Of a DNA stretch of 64,000 nucleotides, positions 23,215 to 33,301 are shown piece after piece; within the stretch, counting starts at the first letter, position 1, and each line of letters begins with the position of its first letter. A model generated the notes under the pieces. The model was given only the letters and a program-made list of their open reading frames with translations. It did no database searches and was not told the origin of the DNA. Location: positions 697,303 to 761,302 of the forward strand of contig NW_005434650.1 of the NCBI RefSeq assembly GCF_000315625.1. The letters run 5' to 3'. A program made the position numbers and the translations under genes. This DNA is from Guillardia theta CCMP2712. Lineage: Eukaryota; Protista; Cryptophyta.

Positions 23215-25620
23215 TCACAAGACGCATTCTTTGGGTTGGCTCAATCTGTCTACCTCCTCCTCGATCCAGTTCAACTGCGAACAGATCAGAGCTGCACTGG
23301 TGGATCGAGAGATCCTGACAGTCTGAGAGAGCTGCTCGTGCTTGTCTCGCAGGAAGTCGGCTTTCCTCCTCTGCAAGGCAGTGAGAGACGGAGGGAGGGG
23401 CAAGTGACTTCACCTCTTGAGAAGCCTTCACGGTCATGGAGTCAAGCATCGGCTGAATGTCGGCGATCTGACAGAAGTTAGCGAACAAGAGAAGTTAGTG
23501 AACATGTGCTTGAAGATCATGGTGAGGTTGACCATGATGCGATGTTGGAAATGATGATGACAAGAATGAACTGCCAGAAATGCTGTCGGGATGTGGCGAT
23601 GTTGATGATGTGGAGATAATGTTGATGTTGATGTTGATGTTGATGTTGATCTTGTTCTTGATCTTGTTGTTGTTTTTGATGACGATGTTGTTAATGTTGT
23701 TATTGATGATGTTGGAGATGATGATGGAGGTGATGTTGGAGATAATGATGACAGAAAGTAGCATTAGCACAATGGTCACCTTGTCGTCGAACAATTCCTT
23801 GTTTCCCCTATTGCTGGCTGTGCAAGCATCCAACAGCATCTGCCGCGAGCTATCAGACGACGGCAGAGACAAGTCAAACTGTTCCTGATGGACTTCCTTG
23901 AACAACTCAGAAAGCTCATCGGCACCATCTGCACATGTTTCACTCCAACATCTCACGATGTCTCTGTCGCTCTTCTTGCCTCCCAGCTGCCTCGCACTCA
24001 GCTGCTCCTCCTGCCATGCCGCCACCTTGTTGAGTGCCGATGCTGCGAGCTCCGCGGTCAGTGGGCCCAGCTGCGTGACCTGAGGGAGGAAGAGCATACA
24101 GACTGCATGCTGCTTGTCCGACCAGCCGTCGGCGTACTCGCAGTCGTCTCCTGAGTTCTGGAGAATGCAGTCAGTCGGAGCAAGGGCGGGCAACAAGTCC
24201 TACGTATCCATCCCGCTTCTGATGCTTTCTCTCAATGTATGACTCCACGACCCGCGGCGATCCGGGTCCCTGCATGGCAATCAGCGCAGGAGAGGAGGGG
24301 AGCGACAGGATGGCGGTACCTGATGGCAGACCTTGCACAGAGCTTCCTGGCTGCCGAAGATCAACTTACGGATGTTGGCAAGGCTCTTGCTGCATCGGTA
24401 GTCAGGGATAGGGAGAAACTCCTTCGCTCGCTCGCTCCTCCCTCCCTGCCGGCCTCCCTGCCTCCCTGCCTCCCTGCCTCACTCCCTCCCTCTATCTCCC
24501 TCCCTCCCTCACTCACCCGTACAAGCCCTCGTCGTCTATAGATCGGATGCAGCTGCCGAGGAGAATTTTGCCTCGGGCTGCTGGGCTTTCAGGGATGATG
24601 CCGGTCACGATGTGCTGCTTCGAGCTGGGATCGATCTCGATGAACATGCCCAGGCAATGAAGCTAAGAAGCAACTCAGAGTCTCGTCGTCACGCTCTTCT
24701 CCTCTACACCTCCGGTGAGTTCAGAGGAATGGAAAAGTGGAACTGAGAAAGTTTCCCGTCCTTGTCGAAGACAGTCATGTCAAGCGAGGATGCTGCGTCC
24801 TTGTGTCAGCAGAGGTAAGAAAGAAGAGGTACAGGAGGCAGGAGGCAGGAGGCAGGAGGCAGGAGGCAGGAGGGAGGCAGGAGGCAGGAGGCAGGAGGCA
24901 GGAGGCAGGAGGTAGGAGCAGAGAGGAGGTCTGGTTACCAGTCTTATCCTGCAGCATGGCACATAGACTGTCGACGCTGGTGGGTCGCTCCCCGTTGATC
25001 TCGATCACTTTGTCATCCACTTCTATCCCGTAGGCCCAAAACCTGCGAGTTGCTCTGGAATCAAATAAAGCACAGGGAGTGAGCAAGGAGAGGAGGAGAG
25101 GGAAGGGGAGGAGGGGAGGGACAACAGGAAAGGAGAGGAGGAGAGGAGAGGGAAAGGGAGGGGAGGGAGAGCAAGAGAGGAGGGGGGAGGAGTGGAGAGG
25201 GGGAGCAGGAGAGGAGAGGGAGGAGAGTAGCAGCCCATGGAGCAGCAGGAGCAGCAAGGGAGCTACCATCCGTATGCTCGGACATCTGAGACGAGAAGAC
25301 ATTCGTCCCCGTCCAGCAGCTCCGCCCCCACCTGCTCCAGCAGCGTCTGAGCCATTGGCAGCCAGTCGTAGGTCCGGCAAGAAATCCACTGGAAGTAAAA
25401 TCTAGAGATTTGTGTACGGGATTTCAATATGAGGGTACGAGCCGGGGGGGGGGGGGGGGGGGAAGGGCAGAAGAGCAGGACAGGGGGGGAGGGCAGAAGA
25501 GCAGGACAGGAGACGAGGATACAGCCTTGACGTGAAAGAGACATGAAGGTTGGTGTGAATAAAACTCATCTGCTGTGAGAGGAATAATCATGTGAATTCA
25601 TTTACATCCCCATCAATGGT
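23215..25620 (-). CDS. PDZ-domain protein (probably two PDZ domains) with helical C-terminus; start approximate
   Basis: CLLVSDVRAYG|..AYGIEVDDKVIEINGE and LGMFIEIDPSSKQHIVTGIIPESPAARGKILLG..IRSIDD are PDZ signatures. Last exon ends ..LSQPKECVL* at 23215. Confidence 0.65.
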
Positions 25621-25740
25621 ATAACAAATCTTTCTGCTGGAATACTGTAGATTGAACTGTTAGGGATCGGGGAGTTGTCAGGACAGCTGGAACTGATCTG
25701 GTGAGAGGATATTTCTATTCTTTTGGCGGCATGCACAAAC

Positions 25741-25803
25741 TTAAGATCGTACACTATGAAGACGAGTCAAGTGCTCGATGAGAGGCTGTAGGGTCAACAC
25801 AGA

Positions 25804-25837
<34 letters not shown>

Positions 25838-27667
25838 GGAGGAGGAGGAGGAGGAGGAGGAGGAGGAGGAGGAGGAGGAGGAGTATCAGTCGGGAGAGAG
25901 GAAGAGGGAAAGAAGAAGTGGTCAGGCTACAGCAAGGGAAGTAAACAAGTTCACCATCTCCACGGGTGTTGCCGAATCTTCCGGACGCAGGATTGTCGTG
26001 CGGGAAAAGCCTTGGTACCCCTCGACGGACGTTTCTGATACTGTCGGGCCCTCGTCAAAGAAGAGGCAGAAGAAGAAGTTGCGGCAGTCAGCGGACCTGA
26101 CTGAGTTCTTGAAACAACATGAACCTTGAAGACACGTCTCAACCCCCATCGTTCACACAGGTTGCAACGGCAAGGCAAACCTCGTCGAATCTCTTCTTGA
26201 GAATGTTGGCCACCACACAATCGACCTTGTACTTCTCTATTGCCCCCGTCGCCTGTTCAGAACATCAACATGCTCTTCTGCCCTCTCTCCTTCTCCCTTC
26301 TACCTTCTTCATCAGAATCGATTCATCCGTCTCGAGCTTGAAACTGACCACAACAGCTCTAGGGCACCAGGTCTTCTGCTCCCCCCAGCCACGTCACTTG
26401 GATCCCTGGCAAGTAAGGTACACGACCTTGAGCAAAGACAGACACTTGGGTGTTGGCGTGAGGCAGATGTTCAAGTTGTCGGAGCCTGACTGTATCTTGT
26501 GTTCTTCCATCTGCTGAAGTTTCACAAGGAGATTAGAGGAGATTCTAGTCACAACAAGGTGGTCGGGGATGAAGTAGTCAGAGACAGCAGCCGCAAGGTA
26601 GATCATGGCTCTCTCTCCCGCCTGTGAATCTTTCAGACCGCAACGAAGAACAATCAACCAGGTCACCGGCTGCAGAGCTTGGCAGACATGTTTCAGCATG
26701 AACAAGTACTCGTGCACTGTGAAACCATAACCCAAACATACAGCGGCATACGAAAACACACCAGAAGTGAACCCCAGCTGCAACAATGTGCCCTCTTCGT
26801 CCGCCTTTCGGTAAAGATTGAACAATCTGCACAGATAACTGTTGAGCTGTTCACAACTCGATCAAGATTTGGCAGGACCTCTTAGCAACCGAGTGATCGG
26901 AGCCTGAAAGTTTCGCTTTCATCCCCCAGACCTGATGCTCTTCTGGGCAGCAAACCAAGTCAGAAGAAGAATCTTGACGGCAAAGACGACCATCGACTTC
27001 TACTTGTCGAGAAGAGAGAGCATCAGCAAACAAGAGGTCCTTCAGCCTCTTGAATGGCATGTGCGATCCCTGGAGCCAACATCATCCCATGCAAAGGACG
27101 AAGAAATTGGACTTGGGGAGTGGAGGAGTGGAGGAGCCAGGGAGGAGGGGGAGCAGGGGGAGCAGGAGGAAGGGACGGGGATAAGGCGAGGAGAGCATGC
27201 ATATGGGCAGTCTGACACCTCACGGTGCATGAATACAACAGCATATCCCTGCTCCAAGAAATACTCCGCGCTGATGCTGCCCCTGGATCCTGTGACAGCG
27301 ATGCTTGGTGAGATCAGGTCAGAGGAGGAGGAGGAAGGAGGAAGGAGGAGGAGGAAGGAGGAAGGAGGAGGACCTGTGCTGAAGTTGTCGAGGAAACGTA
27401 CAGTGTTCTTCTCCAGCGGGACTGTTGTTCCTCCGCTCGTTATCAAGACCAAGTTTCTCTGAGACAGGTTAGCAGCTGAAGGGGAAGGAGAAGAAACTCA
27501 CTCGCTCTGACCTCAAGTGCTTGTCCACAAAGCTCCTCGTGGCCTCACACGCACTCAGACAGGACGAGGGGGCCTGGAGGCAACAGCTGTCACCAACTGA
27601 TTTGCATGAGACGCTCTGCCGTCACCGGACGCGAGAAGAAGTCTGGTTCTGATGCCATCGCAGACAT
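25741..27667 (-). CDS. PPCS: Phosphopantothenate--cysteine ligase (CoA biosynthesis)
   Basis: [25 protein letters not shown]|[70 protein letters not shown]. Last exon [14 protein letters not shown]. Confidence 0.93.
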
Positions 27668-28197
27668 GCACCAGAGGACTACCAATGCTGTTGACCACCT
27701 TCGCATTTGTACATTCAATCTTTGTTTTCCTTGCCTCCCACTCAATCCCAAGTCATTCCAAAACAAGTTGAAACAAGAGCAGAAAAGTTTGTCTTTGACA
27801 TGCAGTTTGCAACTTCAAGGCTCCTTCTCCGTTTCGCTCAGTCCTCGTAGCAGACAACATGTTCTGATAAACAATGATTCAAAGCATCTTCTGTCCTCTT
27901 GATCTCATCTTCTCTCTACTCCCATCTCGCTCTCTGTCTCTATCCTTCCATCATCATGCCCTCTATCGCTGCCTCCTGTCTCCTTGACTCGCCTGCATCG
28001 CCTGCACATTCTACATCGGAATCACATAAAAGTGCAAATTATGATCATTTTGAGTATAATTATATCAAATATGGGCAATTTCATTGTCGTGTTATATAAC
28101 AATATGTGCGTTTATATATAATCGACATGAGTTATGGAAATTTCCCATCCTCTCGGGAACAATTTCACCTCTCCTACTCACAACAACATCCGCCTCC

Positions 28198-28442
28198 CTC
28201 CCTCCCCTCCCTCCTCCTCCTCCTCCTCCTCCTCCTCCTCCTCCTCCTCCTCCTCCTCCTCATTCTCCCTATCCCTACCCTGGCTCTCTTCCTTCTTGCT
28301 GTCCTCCCCCTCGTCATCGTCCTCATGGTTCACTTGGTTCTCAGCCTCCTAGTCCGCCCCCTCCATCCCACAATGTTTTGCTCCTCTTTATCTTCCTCCT
28401 CTGTATTCTTCTCTCTTCACACACACACACACACACACACAC
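28198..28442. repeat. (CCT)n and (CA)n microsatellites in the divergent intergenic region
   Basis: Directly visible. Confidence 0.9.
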
Positions 28443-28769
28443 CTCAGATTCCACATCTTCATCCTCATCATTCCTCCCTATATGTTTCACTTTTCGTGCC
28501 AGTCCCTCCAACTTCTCGCACCTCCCAGCTCGATTTCCATGTCCTGCCTCCATTTCTCCTCACCCATTTCAACAACGATCTCCTTACCCTCCTTCCTCCT
28601 ATCCATAATCCATCCCCTCGCTTCCTATTACTTCATTCCCTTCCACCGTTATCACTTTCCGTTTTCCTGCATTCTGCGAACTTGAGCGTGCATCGAGTGG
28701 TTCGTCGCCTGATTTCTTCTCAAGGTCCTTCACATTGGATGAGAATCAAGTGAGCGATCCGTCAGCGGC

Positions 28770-31700
28770 ATGGTGAGCGATGGTCAGAAGAGTGATGGGC
28801 AAACGGTGAAGCCGGAGGATGCGCTGAGGAACAAGTATGCGCAGGTGACATTTGTTTTGACTCCATGAACGAGTCTCTCCTGACAGCTTGCGAAGCTGAA
28901 AGCGAAGAAGCTAGCTGCCCAACAGAAGAGCGGAGCTGCAGGGGCAGCGGGTGCTGGCTCTGCCCTTGCTTCACCGTCGAGCTCAGCAGGAGGCGGCTCC
29001 TCCTCGTCCGCGTCTTTCACTTCTCCATCCTCAAGCTTGAAGGAGAAGTCATATGACGCCCTGGACAGCAAGAAACGGAAGTTGGAGAGCGAGCCGGAGA
29101 CAGTGAAGGCCTCGTCTCTCACAAGGGAGGTCATCCAAGCTGTCCAGTCCTCCACCAAGAAGGCTGCCGTCAGCGATGCAGCGATCAACCCTGAAGTGAA
29201 GAAAGCCAAGGCAAAGCAGCCCCGCCCCTTCTGCGTCTTACACGCATGCTCTTGCTAGGTGATGAACATGAACATCCCGAGGCGGGCAACCCCGATATCC
29301 TCGAAGCCAGCAGATCGAGAAGGAAACGCTCCTGGGTCAGACCCGGCTGGCGGAAGCGTCTGGAACAAGCCGAGGGTGAGTGTGTGCGGGGATGCGGGGA
29401 GGAAGTCGACCCTGAGCCTGACGGTGGGCGTGTCAAAGGCCGCAGGTGGAAACTCAGGAGTCACTAAGGGAATTCCGCACGAGTACCAGGGGAAGCTCCA
29501 AACTCTAGTGGAGCAGCAGATGTTGACGGTGAGGATGTTAACATCAAACAGTCGAGTGAGTGAAGCATTGACATACAGGCTGATGATGTGGAGGGCATCA
29601 AGCAATGTATCCGGTCAGAGCAGGAGGACAACGTGGCGAGAGCTCTGGATCAGGTCAGGAGCCTGCTGCCTCCTTCCTCTTCTCTTGTACATGTTGTGAC
29701 AGCCTGACAGTTCCTGAAATCAAATCTGGACGGCATCAAGAACAAAGTTGGGTATTTCAACTGTAAGGGCACCAGCTAGCATTCTTGATTGTGCTGACCT
29801 TAACACACAGCTATCCTAAGGAAAGCCAAGGACGGGAGGTCAAGAATGCCTTACAAGTCTCCTTCTTGATTTCATGTCCATGGTGGAACTGAAGATTTCA
29901 GCAGTAGCAATGAAGACGAGAAGCCAGGCTCTTCGAAGCTCATCTGGCCGCAAGAGGTGTGCCTATGCTGTTGACGGGAGGAGGATGAGACTGGAGACGC
30001 CAGGAGAGAATCTTCTCCGACATGAACCTCAATGAGGTGAGCTGGTGCTGTGGGTCAGGAGGGCAAGTGAGATCATGAGCAGGGGAGATTGATTGAGAAA
30101 GAGATTCGCCTGGACAACATCTCTTGTGACTGCCTCGCTTGTTCGGACGAGCTCGTCTGAGTTTGATGGGGCCGCAGGCAGCCTTCCTCCGCCTGAATCT
30201 CTCTTCTGTGAGGAGGGGAGCACAGACTCGTGAGCAGACTTGCTGGAGGAGGAAGAGCATGACCACTGAATGAAACAGAGAGATGGCCGGGGTCAAATCC
30301 AACCTCACGAGCGTCCTGGACAAGCTCAAGGTCAGCCTGCGCCTCCTCTGCCCTCGTTCACTTGCTGCCTACAGGGAAATGACCCCTCGAGCCGGAGCAA
30401 GCAGTTCGCAAACCTGACTCTGACGGGTAGGCTGCTCAACGTCCTGAAGCAGAGGCAAGCGGAGGATCACACGGGAGACACGGCAAGCTGACTGCTTTCC
30501 CTTCCTGCTCCAGCGCCAAGCCGGAGCTGTGTTCGATCTACTGGGCCCAGTACTTCGAGATCTTCAACTCTTACTCGGTGATCCCCAACAACTGCCAGGT
30601 GGGTGTCGAGGCCTTCCTGACGATGTGGAGATGAAAGTTGGTTGCAGACCGAGAACAAGATCAAATCTCTTCATCTCTTCGAGTCGCCGCTGGTGGGAAG
30701 AGGATTCGCAGCCAGCATCTCCGCCCTGAACCACTTCCTCAAGCTCAAGTGAGGAGGAGGGAAAGGACGACAGGCTCCTCTGACCGCATGGCAGATGCAC
30801 GTCCTGGTCGTTAGAGTGGACGGGACACACAGGGTACGGATCGTGGTTGCTGGTCGTCGGGTGATGACGCCGAGGGCAGGCTGGAGTGGGAGATGCGCTG
30901 CAAGATAGGGACGAGCGAGAACGTGAGGAGCGAAGATGAAAGATTCCTCAGGTGAGAGGCGGGAGGCAAGGTCAGGAGAAGGAGGAGGAGGAGGAGGAAG
31001 AGGGATCTGGTAGGAAGGGATGAGCACAACAAGGAAGGGTTGTGTCATTACCGGGAGCACGAGGAGAAGGGTCAGCGGGAGCAGCAGCAAGAGAGGTTCG
31101 CTGGCAATCGTCTGACCAAACACTCAGGAGCACTCTCGATCACTGGGTGTTCAACAGTGAGGGGCAAGACTTTACCATCAATCAGAGCACCATCGACGCT
31201 CTCTGGAAGAAAACACAGGCAGGACTCGAGCTTGTGATGTGGAGAAGTAAAGGGACAAACAGGGAAGGGGCTCATGCCATATTGTCATTGCCGACAGCTC
31301 GACCAAGAAAACTGATGAGCTTGTGAGTGTTTGTTCGTATAATGCGCAAGTTCGAGCTAGTTCAATCTTATCCCCTTGTAGTTCGACCTTCCATTGTCAT
31401 CCTCCAGAAACCTCTTCCTCTCTCAGGTGATCTTCTTCCTCTGCCTCTGCTCCATACAGCTGAGCTTTACTCGCGTCTCCTTGCTCGCCTGCTCCCCCTC
31501 ATTCCTCTGAACCTGTCAAATCTCCTCTTCGTCCACTTGATCCTCCTATCACTATCCCCTCCTGTATCCTTCCCCCTTTGCTCGTTCCTCCTGTATCCTT
31601 CCCCCTTTGCTCGTTCCTCCTGTATCCTTCCCCCTTTGCTCGTTCCTCCTGCATCCTTTCCCTTCTCTTCTTCTTGCTCTCTGAGTGTTAGTCTCTGACA

Positions 31701-32827
31701 CCAGCAACAGACCATCGCAGCTCTGTCTTCGCTAATGCAGGGCGGCACGCTTGTAAGCTCGTCGGGTCGCGTGTTGGCCTCTGACGTGGATCAAGATCAT
31801 GCGCATGTGGCAGCTCTACGAGAGCGAGAACGCAGCTCTCATCTTCCTCCTCAACAGCATCTTCTCCGAGGTTCCTCCCTCTTCAAGGTCGCTGAAAACC
31901 TCCTGACATGCTCCCCAGACGGTTGTCTGCCGCCCGTCGACTGTCCAAAGCCCATGGTGCGAGCTAGTCAAAGTCTCCAGTCCTGCCGTCTCCTCCGCTT
32001 GCTGCTCCTCTTGCGCCTCGCTCTGTTTCCGCTCCTGTGTCGCTGACATGCGAGCAGCGGGCACGTCTTCCTTGTCTGTCTTGGCTTCAAGGGAATTTCT
32101 CAGCTCCATCTGGATGCTCTTTCGAAGGCGATTGGGGAGGATACAGAGGCAGACGAAGGACCTCGGATGACGATGGTGAGGGAGTAGGCTGTTAACAGCA
32201 GGCCCGTTGACGAGCTGACAGATTCCAAGAAGCTTTCTTCCTTCATCGTGGGTTCAGGTTTTCCTTGATCACACTGTTTCTCAGTCTTAGCATCTCTTGT
32301 CAGCAAATCAGGACGTGTGTCGAGTTCTTTGCGAACTTGCAGGTTGACTGAGCAACTGAACATGATGTGGTGTTGATATGTTTTTGTGATCAGATCGCAA
32401 TCATCAACCGCGATCTTGACGTCAACAACAACTTACAGCAGCATCTGAGGGAGATCTATAGCGTAAGCTGATCCTCCCTTACGTCTCCCCTCTCATCGCC
32501 TGCCTTACAAGACTCGGGATCGCGCTGCTCAACAATGGCGCGTACGCTACAACTGTCGCACGCTGAGCTCGGTTGTCACTTGCACTTCTGACTCGCATGA
32601 CGCTGTCTCGCTAGATTCAAGATCGTCTGACTAAGGACGCTGGCATCATGAACCTCAACATATCCTCAGCAGGCACGTTGACCCTCCTGCTCTTGCTCCT
32701 CTCACATCGCTCAAGGCGGCAAGCAATGGTTCGCCATACGAGGACGCTTCTCGCACAACTTCTCGGTGAGAGGAGGAGCAGGAGCGGGAGGGGACCTGAC
32801 GATTCGTTTCAGTCTATCAAGGCTTGA
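28770..32827 (+). CDS. CMTR2/FtsJ-like cap 2'-O-methyltransferase homologue with degenerate active site, N-terminal hnRNP-Q acidic-like domain (~20 exons; 3' end approximate)
   Basis: Spliced blocks collinear with CMTR2: GVKSNLTSVLDKLK; GRLLNVLKQSAKPELCSIYWAQYFEIFNSYSVIP; KIKSLHLFESP..ASISALNHFLK; DERFLRSTLDHWVF; LFLSQTIAALSSLMQGGTLIMRMWQLYESENAALIFLLNSIFSETVVCRPSTVQSPCGHVFLVCLGFKG; IRTCVEFFANLQIAIINRDL. Confidence 0.75.
31561..31647. repeat. Intronic minisatellite, 3 x 29 bp (CCTGTATCCTTCCCCCTTTGCTCGTTCCT)
   Basis: Three exact tandem copies. Confidence 0.9.
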
Positions 32828-32947
32828 ACAAGTTCACAAGGTCTGGAGATCGAAGGAGGAGAGAGGTCAGTTTGAGAGCAATCGAAGCTTCTGTAACAGG
32901 CGGCTGCTTCAGTCTGATTGTCTGTGCATTGCTCTTGTATTCTTGTA

Positions 32948-33221
32948 CTAAAAAGAGATACCAAACAACTTGGAGAAGCTGGGTACAAGTCCTAACTGCA
33001 TCACATATACGTAGACGACGATGAAGAGGATAAGTAGAATACAACAACAGATGCAGCAGCAGCATGGTTTCTCGATTGATCGCCTCCTTGCCTGCGTCGA
33101 CGTCAAGGAAAGCTACAACGACTGCGAAACTTACAAACATAGATGATGTACGCCTTGCAACCCTCGGGGTCCAGGATAGGATTGGTGGGCTGTGGCGGTC
33201 GATTGCTGCCGTCCAGTCTAT

Positions 33222-33301
<80 letters not shown>

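Noticed and set aside
23575-23775. Ile/Asn-rich segment in ORF 23495-24196
   Set aside because: Intronic (GAT/GTT)n microsatellite read through in frame.
28084-28753. Poly-Pro/poly-Leu ORFs
   Set aside because: Produced by (CCT)n and (CA)n microsatellites in an intergenic region; no coding signal.
31816-32363. Minus-strand ORFs 31816-32109 and 32100-32363 as a separate gene
   Set aside because: The plus strand carries CMTR2-homologous exons with proper GT-AG introns here, so these ORFs are antisense shadows.
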